Part shown: positions 27,875 through 42,165 of the stretch, one piece after another
Layout of the letters: the number at the start of each line of letters is the position of its first letter
Position numbering within the stretch: the stretch's first letter is position 1
Program-made: the position numbers and the translations under genes
Notes under the pieces: model-generated
What the model saw: only the letters and a program-made list of their open reading frames with translations
Databases searched by the model: none
Told to the model about the DNA's origin: nothing
NCBI GenBank assembly: GCA_964016885.1
Contig: OZ024740.1
Span: 161,758,001 to 161,822,000, forward strand
From: Eledone cirrhosa
Lineage: Eukaryota
DNA length: 64,000 nucleotides
Direction: 5' to 3'

Positions 27875-28122
27875 ATCACCTTGATCAACCAGTCTGTCGG
27901 GCGCCAATTGGCGCCGCTGGTCACAGTACGTCGTGCTGTTTTAGCCATAAGATAACGCCATCCCACTGGCTGGGCGGGCAGGCCGGTACTCATTTCTACA
28001 GCTGAGTAAACTGGAGCAACGTGAAATAGAGTGTCTTGCTCAAGGAAACAACACATCACCCGGTCCGAGAATTGAACTCACAACCTTTCGATTGCAAGCC
28101 CAATGCTTTAACCACTAAGCCA
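27875..28122 (-). mobile_element. tRNA-derived SINE family B; fragments also at about 37930-38010, 44840-45130 and 17320-17560
   Basis: A box TGGCTTAGTGG, B box GAGTTCAATTC, body CCTTGAGCAAGACACT...TTTCAC. Confidence 0.8.
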
Positions 28123-28435
28123 CTAATTAGACATCGGGGGAATCCGACTGTCTAATTAGATATATATAATACACAAAAAGATTATATTTTTGAAATATTA
28201 AAACAAACCAACAAACATCTCTGTTTCACATGTACGAAAATATCTGGAATGACAATGTCTATACTTTCTATCTGAAAGCTCGGCAAAAAATATTTTAATT
28301 ACTGTCAAAAATAGTTGATAGCTATAGTATCTGTCTCAGAAGGTTAGATGGTGATTAGCACAGAAAAACCGATCCTTTTTTACTAGCTTCTTCGTTTCCT
28401 TCATTTCATTTAACCATCATTATAATTCTATTTTT

Positions 28436-28551
28436 CAGTCTGAGTTCAAATCCCGCCGAGGTTAACTTGCCTTTCATCCATACGGGGTCGATAAGATAAA
28501 GTATCAGTAATGTACTGGGTAATTGCTGGCCTTGTGCCTAAAGTAGAAACA
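28436..28551 (+). mobile_element. 5'-truncated SINE family A
   Basis: Starts just before the B box; TSD ATTATAATTCTATTTTT (28419-28435 and 28552-28568). Confidence 0.88.
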
Positions 28552-28697
28552 ATTATAATTCTATTTTTTTTTTTTTTTTTTTGGAGGCTTGTTCCTTTTT
28601 TGGGGTGCGGTGGGGTAGCATTCTGTTATATTAAAAAATAAATCTTTGGAAAGAACCAATTCGACTTGACTCACAATTAGGCATATACTATGTGTGC

Positions 28698-28743
<46 letters not shown>

Positions 28744-28749
<6 letters not shown>

Positions 28750-28951
28750 ATAGAGGTGTAACACACGAGTTGTGATATATTGGTAAAAGGAAAAGAAAAT
28801 GCTGACAAATTGTTCCCAGTGAAAAATAGTTTAATTAGGAATAAGTATGAATTAGTAATAGTATTGGTTTTAAGTTTTACCGGTTGCGCATTTCTAATGC
28901 TTTTCAAAAATAATTTTGAGATAGAGCACCCGTGATGTTTGCTCTAATCTG
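28744..28951 (-). mobile_element. Solo 3'-terminal fragment of the Penelope family seen at 50979-56284
   Basis: Matches 56060-56284 in reverse complement, including the decayed hammerhead; (TA)n on both sides. Confidence 0.85.
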
Positions 28952-29021
28952 TATATATATATATATACATACATGTGTGTGTGTACGAGTGTGAATGGAG
29001 GATGTATATACATATTTATAT

Positions 29022-29156
<135 letters not shown>

Positions 29157-29249
29157 ATATACATATTTATATATACATACATACACACACACACATATAT
29201 ATATGTAAAAGGTAAACAGAAATAGCAACACAATCGGTACAGTATATGG

Positions 29250-29280
<31 letters not shown>

Positions 29281-29825
29281 GCTTTCTTCCTTTGCATACT
29301 CAATTATTTGCATTCATAAATAAATATATTTATGCGAGTGTGAGTATATATGTACACATATATATATATATATACATATATATTATACATATATGAATAC
29401 ATGCATATAAATATGTGCGTATATATGAGTATGTCTATATTTAAAGCAAGACGGTATGGTATCTTTCTTTCCATTTCTTTCCCTTTTCTCATTTTGTTTT
29501 TATGGAAAGGGTAGGAAGATATTCAGGTATTTCGAGATAAACCATACGCATCCGTTATCTTTTAATATATAAACGAAACAGAAAAAAAGAAAATGAAGTA
29601 AAGGACCCCAACTCCACCCCAAAAGTAAGAAAGAAAAGAAGAAAAATCACAAGGAAATAAAGACGGAAAGAAAGAAAGAAAAAACAGAAAACGAATAAAT
29701 GAGAACGAAAAGCATAAAATGCGTGTATGTATATATGTATGTCTATGTATATGTATGTATGAGTGTGTGTATGTATGTATATACTTATGTATGTGGTGTG
29801 GGTGTTTTGTGTATGTATATATATG

Positions 29826-29920
<95 letters not shown>

Positions 29921-30049
29921 GCGAGAGATAAGACAATTAGATTACCGAGAGTTTTTACCATAGTATAATGTCTGCCGCCTCGGTAATTAGCCTCGGTTCA
30001 ATTTCTGGTTAAAATGTGAGCTAATTTCATTAACGCTAACGTTAGCCCC

Positions 30050-30055
30050 TACTAG

Positions 30056-30093
<38 letters not shown>

Positions 30094-30164
30094 GGTCTAC
30101 ACCTACCAACATGGCTTCTGGAACATCACTCCTTTACTTCGGCAGTGAAGGAAGAGAGGAAGAA

Positions 30165-30232
<68 letters not shown>

Positions 30233-30295
30233 ACGAGAGAAAGAAAGAAGGAAAGAAAAAAGAAAGAATAAAAGAACGAGAGAAAGGAAGGGCGA

Positions 30296-30363
<68 letters not shown>

Positions 30364-30371
30364 AAGAACGA

Positions 30372-30457
<86 letters not shown>
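30050..30457. repeat. (CTA)n at 30050-30093 and a long (GAAA)n tract at 30165-30457
   Basis: Direct reading. Confidence 0.95.
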
Positions 30458-30458
<1 letters not shown>

Positions 30459-30911
30459 GTTGAAGAAAAAATAAAAATGAAAAAAAAACACTGCATGAAA
30501 GAAAGGATGACAGGAATGAACAAGAAAGGGGTTAAATAAAGAAAGAAAAAGAACAGTGATGAAGAAATGTAAAAGAAAGAATTAAGTAAAGGAAAAGACC
30601 CGTTTTAAATGTTTTACCCGTTCTCTCTTTCCTCTTAAATTTGTTACTTCTTTTCCTTTTTCCTTTTTACGTTATATATTACCATCTTCTTTTGCTTCAC
30701 TTCAGTTTTATCCACATTCTCGTTTAAATCTCATTTTCTCTTTTCATTTTTCTTGTCTTATATACATATGTGTGCGTGTGTGTGTATTTGTTTGCATAAG
30801 TGTGTGTATGTGTATGATTGTGTGGGTATTTGTTTGTGTGTGTGTGTGTGTGCGTGCGTATGTGTGTGTTTGTGTGTGTGTGTATTTGTTTATATGAGTG
30901 TGTGTGTATGA

Positions 30912-30943
<32 letters not shown>

Positions 30944-31099
30944 TTAAATAAATGGTATAAGCGAAATGCCCGAGGGGAGCGCTCTGCATGAATTTTATAC
31001 ATACAAGTAGAGTCTCGCATTCTAAATATAGCGAGCGGAAAAAAATTCCACCAACTGAGATTACCCCCCCCCCCCTTTGGTCTTTGGGATGCTCAGATA

Positions 31100-31295
31100 A
31101 TGGTTTCTGATTTAAGCACAAGGCCAACAATTTTGGGGAAAGGGAAAGTCGATTAAATCGAGCCCAGTGCATTATTGGTACTTTATTTTATCGATCCCGT
31201 AGGGATGAAAAGAAAGCTAACCTCGGTAGGATGTGAACTCTAAGACATAAAGCATGTTGTCTAAGGCTTCACTGATTCTGTCAATCCACCGCCTT
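31100..31295 (-). mobile_element. SINE family A variant with an extra internal segment
   Basis: Body similarity; TSD GATGCTCAGATA (31088-31099 and 31296-31307). Confidence 0.8.
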
Positions 31296-31639
31296 GATGC
31301 TCAGATATTGAGAAGCAAAGAGGGCAGAGAAACCCTATTGTCCGAGATGATTGAAATTTTGGAGGAATTATTTAGACAATTCAATGGGAGTGGACCTTGC
31401 CTTTATGCGAACTTCGTAAAGGTAGCGGTCTCGTTTCGATCCTATTAGATATTCGCAGCAAAACCCATTTATTTTGAAAGTGAGCTTTATTAGAATGGTC
31501 CAAATTTTACAAGATATGGATCAGCCCATATTATATGAGTTCACGTCCTTGCTTTCCAGGTTCTAAATATCTCAAAGTGAGATTCAGTCTTTAATTTCCG
31601 TGTATAGTGTCGGTCGATTGGAGTTGTTTTCCACACACT

Positions 31640-33185
31640 ATAATACCGGAGGACATAGACAATGTGGGTGGAGGTGTAGGTGAAGGAGTAGCGGATACGG
31701 AATGAACTGTTGGGGCCTGTGGGAGTGGTGAGGTTGGAAATGAAAGGACAAGTGTTACAGCGGGGATGAGAACAAGGATGAGAGCCTGGTGGAGTTGTAG
31801 GTGAGGACGAGAAGGAACTGCGTACCAGGAGCTCGTGGAGGTTACGAGCGCGCTTAAATACGGTGATAGGTGGGTTAGAGAGGGTGCGGAAGGAACGGAG
31901 AATATGTCGCCAGAGAGGTAGGGTAATGGGGTGGTAGGTGAGAAGGAAAGGAAGGCGGCTGTGGGAGGGCGCTGGTGAGGTGAGAGGGCTGTGGTACGGT
32001 CGGTTTCACGGGCGCAGGTGAAAGCAGCTTGGATCAGGGAATATCCACGCTGGATGAAGCGGGAGGCAATGGGAAGAGAATGGGTTTCGAAATCGTAGTC
32101 CTGGCTACAGAGCCAACGAAGGCAGAGGAAATGGGAGTAGGGTATGGAGAGTTTCGTGTGGGTTGGATGGGTGAAGGTTAAGTCGAGGTAAGAGTGGGAG
32201 TCAGTGAGTTTATAGAAGATGGAAGTAGAGAGGGTGTGGTGAGAGTGATCGATAGATAGAGAGATGTCTTGAAATTGGACAGAAAAATCGGAGAAGGAGG
32301 GGGTGAAGATGAGAGCGGGATGAAAAGATTAAACAAAAGATAGAAAACAGTCGAGCTGTTCACGTGATAGAGAGATGGCACCGATACAGTCGTCGATTTC
32401 ACGACCATGTAGCTCAGGAGTAGGTCCCGTGTATTGGGAGAAGATCTGGGCTTCGACGTAGCTAACAAACAAATTGGCATAGTTTGCGTCCATTCTGGTT
32501 CCCATCGCTATCCCATAGACCTGCTGATAGAATTCACCGGAAAAAGAAAACCCATTGAGGGTCAAAACAAACTCAGCCAGACGGGGAAGAGTAGTAGGGC
32601 GTAAGTCTAAAAAGTGTCGGAGAGCGCGAAGGCCGTAATCCTGAGGGATGACGGTATAAAGAGAGGTGATGTCCAGGGTGAAGAGAAGGCCAGGAGGGAA
32701 GGAGAGGGAGTTAAAGAGTCTAAGGGTATGATTCGTATCGTGGATGTGGGAGGGGAGGTTGACGACTAACGGGGAGGATATCTAAGTATTCTGAGATGAT
32801 TTCGGTGGGGTAGTTGCACGCAGAAACGATAGGACTGCCGGGATTATTTTGTTTGTGTATTTTGGAGAGGAAGTGGATGGTGGGTGTGCGGGGGTTGGGG
32901 GTGCGTACTATATGGTTGGTGGCTATGGTGGGGAGGAGAGAGGAGGAGATGAGCTAGTGAATGATGGAAGACATGAGTTGATGGTAGCCAGGAGTGGGGT
33001 CAGAGGATAAAGTGCGGTAAAATAGGGCATCATGAAGTTGGTGGAGGGCCTCTGCCTTGTAGAGGTCTACGCTCCATACCACCACAGCACCACCTTTGTT
33101 GGCGGGTTTAATGACAATGTCATCGCGAGACCGTAGGTGTTCGAAGAGCGGAGAGCTCAGCCGCGTAATGTTAGAGCGACGATAA
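31640..33185 (-). pseudogene. Decayed Penelope-like RT with the start of the GIY-YIG region (third family, C-rich sense strand)
   Basis: IVIKPANKGGAVVVW; LFTLDITSLYTVIP; FYQQVYGIAMGTRMDANYANLFV; REIDDCIG; PCSHPRCNTCPF; FTYTSTHIVYVLR; frameshifts and stops. Confidence 0.88.
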
Positions 33186-33502
33186 TGCTGGTGGAAACGG
33201 AAGTAGTTAAACATGAGTCTTGTTTTGGGCTATCCGTTGTGAATGTATGCATAATATTCTCCTCTCTGTATTTGTATCTATATTCAGATATACATATTTA
33301 CCAACCTACATGGAAACAACTTGATACATATGCAGAGAATACCGAAAAATGAAAGGTAAATTTGACAATCTAGTTCTTGAATAATATGTCTAACAAAAAT
33401 AAAACGTGATGGTTACAACTAGAGCTTATTTGACCTTGAGTTTGCTTGACCAGAAATATTAAGGGGCTAAATAACAACTTAATGCAATCTTTCACACACA
33501 CA

Positions 33503-33546
<44 letters not shown>

Positions 33547-34355
33547 AACACACGTTCGTGTAAAAAGCGCACTTGAAACCCTTTGGTGCATTTACTTTAC
33601 TGAACAGTTAAATTCGGCGCATACTTAGCACTTACACTTGACACGATTAACAACTCCTCCAGACATAATTACCACTTACGTAGCCACTCTCGTGCCAAAT
33701 CGTATTGAAATCGAAATTACCCTCTCAGCTTAATAGACATTAAATGTGCCAAATGCGTTATTTGTTGCCTGGGAAATGAACTTACGGTGAAAATTAAGAT
33801 ACACTCCGTTGAGTGTCGAACAGTGAGTTGCTGTTTTAGTAAGTCTTCTTTAGCCTAAGGTCAGTCAAATGTATTCTAACCGTGACCAGATTGTATTTTA
33901 CTTCAATATGGCGTAACCACGACCACGACCACATTATCCAATATGTTCTACCATTTTTAACAGTATGACGAAGAAGATATATGGAAGACGTAGCTATCAT
34001 TTCTGGCAGCACTAACGACGGATACAGTCTATTTCATTGACGCGTTCTTTTTGTTGTTGGTTAGCCTCCTTACCAGTTCACCCTATCTCTGTTTTCTCTT
34101 TCTATTTTTTTATTGTGGTTGTGTAGGAAATGAGGAGGGAAGACTACCTCGATCTATTTGGAAACCGTTTAATGCTAAACTATGTTTCCACAGATAAACT
34201 GCACGTTTTATTTGTCGGGGTGAGAGATCTGGAGGAATGAGCTGCGCTCAAAAGCATTGCAAGCTTTTCGAAACCGTTGATATCACCGTTGTTAATGTTC
34301 CTCGTATAGAGTGAACAAATTTGAGAGTGCCAATGATCTCAACTGAATACACATA

Positions 34356-34477
<122 letters not shown>

Positions 34478-34789
34478 GATAAATCTACCAAAATATACGG
34501 TAGTGTCCAATCCGTATGAAGAACTCAATGTAATGCAAATATCATGAAAAGAAAAGATGTATTCAAAAATTTTTTCGATGAAAATCACAGGAAAACAGAG
34601 TCAAGATAAATTAATAAAAACAATGAATAAAAACAAAGAAACAGTTCCTTATATTAAAAAAATTCATCATTTTACGATCCTTTCTAGGATATATATGTGT
34701 GTTGGTATGTATATCATATAGATCTATGTAAAAATTTTACAAACTATCAGAGGGAATATACATATATATATGCTGTCTTCAGAAATAAT

Positions 34790-35153
34790 TGTTTCTACTT
34801 TTTGGCACAAGGCCAGCAACTACCTAGTGTATTACTGGTACTTTATTTTATCGACCCCGTAAGGATGAAAGGCAAAGTTAACCTTGGCAGGATTTGAACT
34901 CAGAATGGCAAGGGCAGTAGCTCTATGCGTCAAAGTATGGCGTCCGACCCTCTACCGATACTGCCCAGAAATAATTGTTTCTACTTTAGGCACAAGGCCA
35001 GCAATCACCCAGTGCATTACTGGTACTTTATTTTATCGACCCCGTAAGGATGAAAGGCAAAGTTAACCTCGGCGGGATTTGAACTCAGAATGGCAAGGGC
35101 CGTAACTCTATGCGTCAAAGCATGGCGTCCGACCCTCTATCGATACTGCCAAT
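34790..35153 (-). mobile_element. Two adjacent SINE family A copies (34790-34965 and 34976-35153)
   Basis: Two near-complete bodies; target sequence CAGAAATAAT appears three times (34780, 34966, 35158). Confidence 0.9.
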
Positions 35154-35169
35154 TGCCCAGAAATAATGA

Positions 35170-36071
35170 TATTTGTTTATTGAAAAACACCAACAAAGAT
35201 TTAATATAATAAGTCTGTTTGGGACCAATAGAAGAGTAGTAAGTGGTCAAGTTGATAAAATAGTAGTAGTAGAAATTTAATTTAGGGGTAGAGGAATGCA
35301 GACTTCAGTTTTGAATGGAAATAATACTTTGAATGAAAAGATTACATTGGGGATGAAAAAAGTTCAAGACGGTGAAAGGTACATGAAAATTTGATGTTAT
35401 TAAGGAATAATGCTAATGTTAAAATCGAAGGAGAATAACATTTTAGGATAAATGTGTTCCTGAGAAATACCAATCTTATTAAAAACATAAGGAATTTAAA
35501 TCTATAAAAAGAAATTAAATTAATTTAATTGATAGCTATACTTATAGGGATAAATTTATATTAATTCATATAGATGTGATAAATAAGAGTTAGATGTTAT
35601 TAAAGAATGTTGTTAAAAACGAAGGAAAAAAAATTGGGGGGGGGGGGGGATAAATGTATTAGTGAGAAATAACAAACTTATATAGACAAGGAATTTAGAT
35701 TCATAACAGGAAATTAAAATAGTTTATATGTATACTTATAGGTATTAATTTAGGAAAAAGGAAATAAAATTATGAAGTTCTCAGTAGTAAAATACTAATT
35801 ATAGGTTAACTAAATTTAAAAAAAAAAAAACTAATTATAATAATTTGTAAAATAAAAGTGTATATTAATTGTCACGCTGATTTCGTCATCCCAATAGCCC
35901 TACTTAAACGTACATCCCTACTTCGTTTTCACACAATTGACTACGTCGCTCCTCAATCATTCCCTGAGAATAAGGGAATTCAAAAAGTACACAGCTACAT
36001 TCCTCAATCTTTGCATATGCATGTTGCTATTTCACGTTTCCTACCCCGTGCAACGCCGGGTTCTGCTGCTA

Positions 36072-36072
<1 letters not shown>
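35170..36072 (+). mobile_element. Probable Helitron-like element; only the 3' terminus is confidently seen
   Basis: CCCGTGCAACGCCGGGTTCTGCTGCTAG|TATA at 36045-36072; 5' boundary uncertain. Confidence 0.45.
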
Positions 36073-36110
<38 letters not shown>

Positions 36111-36319
36111 CAAGTAAGACCCTGACGGCTGAGCTCAAGCCGTTTCGACGGCTAATTCTGGACTATATATATATATATAAAGATAAAGATCCCCAAACTC
36201 CTTGTGGGGTCATAGAGGCACCGTCAAACGGTGGGCCTAGGGCACTTTTAAACCTGGTGGAGCTTAGCCCTCTCCAGGTCAGAACACAGCCTATTTTTTC
36301 TATAGAAGAAGAATCGACG

Positions 36320-36378
<59 letters not shown>

Positions 36379-36770
36379 GGACATAGAATTACTCAGCATG
36401 GGAATGAGGATATTTCTCTAGAAGTGGAAAACTCTGATGTAAAACCTGCAAACCAAAAGTAACCGATGATATTGATCTGATCTTCTTTTCGGATTATAGC
36501 TATTGTTGGTCAGTAAGTGGGATTAGTCCAGTGCAAATGCCTTTCCTTATTGTAAAAAGCTTTGAATAATGTGAATGTCTGGGTTCGTTCTCAACACTTA
36601 CAGGACTCACGTTAATTGCGTATAATAGCCATATTTGATGACGGTGCGGCTACTTATATATATATATATATATATATATATGCAGCCGCACCGTGATCAA
36701 TTATGGCTATTTCGTTGGGTTTAACACCATCTGATTCTGCCTGCCACCCCCACCCCCACCCACACACATG

Positions 36771-36834
<64 letters not shown>

Positions 36835-36924
36835 TACATGTGTGTGTGGGGGGGAGGCTGAATCAGATGGTGTTAAACCCAACGAAACTTAAGTATCTGC
36901 ACAATGCCACTCTTATATCTACAA

Positions 36925-37745
36925 CTACTTCTTCTTCGACGTCGTCTTCGTCGTCGCCTCAAACACTCTATCCAGCGGGTCCTGTCAGAGGCAACTGTCT
37001 CCAACTGATCAGGTTGGATCCCCAAGCGAGACCAGCCGAGCTCATGAGTGCTATCCAACAATCTTGTTCGGGGTCTACCCCCTGTGTCTCCTGCTAGTTG
37101 GTTGTACCTGCAAAAATCTGTCCAGCGTTTTTTCCTGAGACATTCTAACCACATGCCCTTAATATCTGAGCTGTGACCTCTCAATTCTGGGAAGTAGCGG
37201 CTCTACCAGGAGTGGCTCTCTAATCTCCGAGCTATGCCCTCTATCGTGTGATGTTACACCAAAGACCCTTCAGAGAAACTACATTTTGGTCGCTTGTATT
37301 CGCAATCGTATTCTTTCGGTCATTACCCAAGATTCATAACCATGGGTAAGGGTTGGCACGAATACCAAATTGAAGATAGTGTGTTTGGCTTTCACACCTA
37401 TCTCCTTTCTTCTCATTACCGTATACTGGTACATCACTGCACCAGCTCCTGCAATTGTTGCACTTAATTCAACCAGATACTTGAACTTCTTCACCAGCTG
37501 CAGTGGAATTCTATTCACATGTAGAGAGCACTGCGCAGGCTTCCTGAGAGTATGTGTGTCTCAGTTTTCGCAGCATTGAATTTCATTCCAGCCATGCAGC
37601 GCTCAGCATCAAACCTATCAAGTGCAAGTTGGACATTACCTTCTGTCGAGTTAAGTAACACCATGTCGTCTGCATATTCCAGCCGACTGATTTTACAACC
37701 ACCACTTCCAACCCGGCTGCGGATGTCAATCATGTTCATGAAATA
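36925..37745 (-). mobile_element. RTE-clade LINE fragment, same family as 5719-6525
   Basis: RLEYADDMVLL (YADD motif) and VPTLTHGYESWVMTERIRLRIQATKM; degenerate GAC/GAA tail. Confidence 0.85.
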
Positions 37746-37763
37746 ACTGTTATAACTGATTTC

Positions 37764-37876
<113 letters not shown>

Positions 37877-38345
37877 AAATTTGGTCTTTCCAATTGCTAA
37901 AACTATCGCAACTCCAGCTAGAAGGCACAATGTGAAATAAAGTGTCTTGCTCAAGGACATAACGCACCGCCTGGTCCGGGAATCGAACTGACAACCTCAC
38001 GATTGCAAATTCAGTTCTCTAAGAGCAGAAAATTGGTGATTTCCTTCGCTAAATAATTTGCGAAACAGCTCCCATAGCTGTCTGGGTGTTTCAGGCAGTT
38101 GCCCAATATAGGTTTGTTCTTCTTTTTCTTGATTTATTACTTTAAATTGTGTCTGGCAAACCATATTGTTATAGTTAGTATTTTTTTTTCACCCTATTGA
38201 ACTTGGTCCTTTACAATTCGAACACATGTATGTTTATATTTGTGTTTATCTCTCTTGTATATTCAAATATATTACACGGCTCAGAAAAACTTCTTTCTTG
38301 GAGCTATTTAATTGTAAGAGATTATTTTGAGTTGCTAACTCAATA

Positions 38346-38382
<37 letters not shown>

Positions 38383-38767
38383 TTATTTTTTATCATTTAT
38401 TTTGTTTTGACCTGTTTAGCTTGATTTGGTTTTTGGCTTAGGTGGTTAATGCTTTCTTGACCACCTTTTCCGTTTTGTATGGCTTCTTAACACATTGTTT
38501 AGCTCTGGTTTTTAACTATTGAGCACTTTCCCAGTATCATTTCTGATTTTTGCGTTTCGCTTCGCTTTTCCTGCCCGCCGAAAATGCGATTCTCGCTGAA
38601 TCTTTATTTGTATATATATATATATATATATCATAAATCATGTCCTTGTGACCGGTTGCAACATATATATCTATGACTTTATGTATATGTAAATCTTTAT
38701 ATTTATATATATATATATTTATATATAGATATATAGATATATATATGCATATATATAACAGGAATTT

Positions 38768-38948
38768 TGGTAAGGAACCAGGTGGACCATAACGCACCAG
38801 AGTACTCAATACTTAGGGTAGTAGAGTGGGAAATAGGAAAAAGTATGACTCCGACGGCAGAGCTCAAGCCGTTTCGACGGTTATTTCTGGACTGAAATAG
38901 CCGTCGAAACGACTTGAGCTCTGCCGTCGGGGTCATACTTATTCCTAT
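38768..38948. repeat. Dispersed repeat ending in a ~115-bp palindrome; relatives at 36113-36163 and 49822-49980
   Basis: GGTAAGGAACCAGGT...GACGGCAGAGCTCAAGCCGTTTCGACGG shared; fold-back centred on TGGACT (38888-38893). Confidence 0.85.
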
Positions 38949-38990
38949 GTATATATATATATATATATAATTTATATATATATATATATA

Positions 38991-39032
<42 letters not shown>

Positions 39033-39158
39033 GGCTCTGTATACATACATACACACCCTTATATTAACATACTTTTGCTCATAGCTTCGTACTTACATGC
39101 ACACACACTCTTTTACTCACATATACACACATTTCATATTAGCTTCGTACGAACGTAT

Positions 39159-39217
<59 letters not shown>

Positions 39218-39554
39218 CACACACACATGCTTACGTACGTGCATCAGTATAGCTCTTTTTACAAAACGTCTTTTTTTTCCATATCAGGTAGACGCGCACC
39301 ATCATCCACTTTTCTAAAAAGATAAATCATACACAAAACGCCAACAGTTTTGCAAGAGATGTCACCATGAATGGACCTGTTATTTTTATCTAAAGACATT
39401 TTTTCCAATAACAACCCGCCTGTCCCCTCAATCTATCTTTTTTCTCATTGTTTCTTCTGAACATTAAGACCGTCTTCCTGTTATATCAAGCGTTAACCTG
39501 ATATATCCCTTCCATATACTGTACCGATTGTGTTGTTATTTCTGTTTACTTTTT

Positions 39555-39597
<43 letters not shown>

Positions 39598-39611
39598 AAT
39601 ATATATATTTA

Positions 39612-39694
<83 letters not shown>

Positions 39695-39745
39695 GTGTGT
39701 GTGTGTGTATATATATATATATGTGTGTGTGTGCATATATATATA

Positions 39746-39870
<125 letters not shown>

Positions 39871-40209
39871 ATATATATATATATTATATATGACATTCCT
39901 AATGTTATACGACATTCCTAACGTATTCACGAATCAAAGTATCATCTTCCTGTTTTCTTTCGGTTGCAACATTTTTCGAAATATTTACTTCTGCGTTCAC
40001 AGATTGATTTTTTTAGTTTCAGAAGATCCTGTTAAGGATATATATTCGTGTACAGATATTTTTGCATACACAAACACAAAATATAAACAAACGTATTTAT
40101 TTCACGAAAGCACAGACTTATCGTCACTGTTACTGCCGATATGCCACCCAAAAAGTCCTAGCCTGGCCACAGGATCAGATTTTCCAGAAGAAAACGTTAC
40201 TAGAGCAAC

Positions 40210-40865
40210 AAAGAGACTAAGTTTCGCGATTACCATCAACAAAGCTCAGGGTCAAACCCTAAAAGTGGCTGGCCTTCATCTGGGAAAACCATGGTCAATT
40301 GTATGTAGGATGCTCTAGGGTGAGCTAAGGAAGTGGAGAGGAAGGAAAGAAGAAGAAAAGAAACCTACAATGAAAGAACATCTTAAAGTTTACCCAAGCC
40401 AAATGTTGTATTTTCTATCTGCAGGTTCTTAGCAAGCTTACTGGCGCTTTAGTATGGTATTCAATTCTCATATCGTTTTTGATTGATATGGTGCATGTGA
40501 AACATTAGATAACGATTGATATGGTGCATATGAAACATTAGATAACGATTGCTGATGTATATTGTACGACAGAATTAGCTGAAAAATATTTTGAATGAAC
40601 AAATAAAAGAGATATAAAAGAGAGATGTTTGTTGGTTGGTTCCTTCGCGTATCACACGGAAAAAAACGAAAAGTGACAATCAGAAACTATGTACAGGATT
40701 GGGATAAGAGTATATCCAGGAAAATTTATTGATACTAATTTTATAACAACGAAGAAGTAGAAAGACATACCACGTAGGCTAACCAACCTGACTGTTATAT
40801 CTAGCAGGTTGGGAATCAACCATAAGGGATTCTCTCTGCGAGTTCGTTGTCAGTGATGATCGTGG

Positions 40866-40905
<40 letters not shown>

Positions 40906-40928
40906 CACACACACGAACACCCACTCAG

Positions 40929-40990
<62 letters not shown>

Positions 40991-41022
40991 ACATATATAT
41001 ATATATACACAAACACACACAA

Positions 41023-41053
<31 letters not shown>

Positions 41054-41162
41054 ATACACACACACTGTAAACAAGATAATGCATTCAATACAGACGTTTT
41101 CTCTTCTGCCGGTCTTCTCTTATTATTTGTTAACCTTGGCGAAGCTGGGTACATCAGCTAGT
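40210..41162 (+). mobile_element. Helitron remnant with a Pif1-type helicase C-terminal fragment (40213-40325) and 3' terminus
   Basis: RLSFAITINKAQGQTLKVAGLHL, then a frameshift to HGQLYVGCSRVS; terminus CCTTGGCGAAGCTGGG...GCTAG|T. Confidence 0.75.
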
Positions 41163-41443
41163 ATATTATAAAGCTGACGGTCGTATGTATGTAACAAACA
41201 TTTCGAAAAAAGGCTGGACCAAACTGCACCAAATTTGCACCATAGATGTAACTTTTTCCAAGTAATAAGTGAAGGTATTTTTGTCTACTAAATTTAGTTA
41301 AAAGATTAAAGATATTTTATTGTTTATTTAAATATTCACTTCTTTAAAATGTTCAGATGTCAACACTTCCGGTTAGCGATCTCTCTCTTTCTTAGTCTGT
41401 CTTTTTAGATAGATACATAGCTATAACATCGCGCCCTTATAAT

Positions 41444-41540
41444 TGTTTCTACTTTTGGCACAAGGCCAGCAATCATCCCAGTGTATTACTGGTACTTTAT
41501 TTTATCGACCCCGTAAGGAAGAAAGGCAAAGTTAACCTCG
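41444..41540 (-). mobile_element. 5'-truncated SINE family A inserted in another repeat
   Basis: TSD GCCC(T/A)TATAAT; uninterrupted homologous site visible at 42445-42540. Confidence 0.85.
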
Positions 41541-41611
41541 GCCCATATAATATCTGTCAGTATGTCTGGCTGTCTGCATTACGAAAACCATTGTGTACAT
41601 TGGCTTCGCTA

Positions 41612-41733
<122 letters not shown>

Positions 41734-41761
41734 GTGTATGTATATATATATATATATATAT

Positions 41762-42165
41762 ATTCTCGTGTAGCACCCATCCATACCACATCATCTTCTG
41801 TATTCCAAATCTTTGCTCCCAAATACAGGAAGTCCTCAACATTAGTAATCCCCTCTGGCTTCTCAACATTCTCTACCAGATATTTTGTTTTACTCTCAAC
41901 CTCCTGAGGATGAAAAACTCAGAGCTGTATGGGAGCCTCCCAAAAGTCACCTCAAAAGTGACACAGGGGAGACTAAGGTTAGCTGGACATGCTCACTGAC
42001 ATCCAGAGTTGACATTGCACACATTGCTCCTGTGGGAGCCCCTACATGGACACACTGGAAGAGGAAGAGCACTGGTCTGTTGGAGACGCAGGACATGGCA
42101 GCGATAATGAGGGACAGAGACCGCTGGAGAGAACTCGTCCATGGATCTCGGGAATTTTACCCGCC

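Noticed and set aside
28050-28122. Possible tRNA gene
   Set aside because: A and B boxes are present but no convincing cloverleaf, and it continues into a SINE body; same for family A heads
30111-30523. KERK and FFLS repeat ORFs
   Set aside because: (GAAA)n microsatellite
33699-33768. Minus-strand exon with a good GTAAGT donor
   Set aside because: All three frames from the nearest acceptor contain stops; a non-coding exon cannot be excluded
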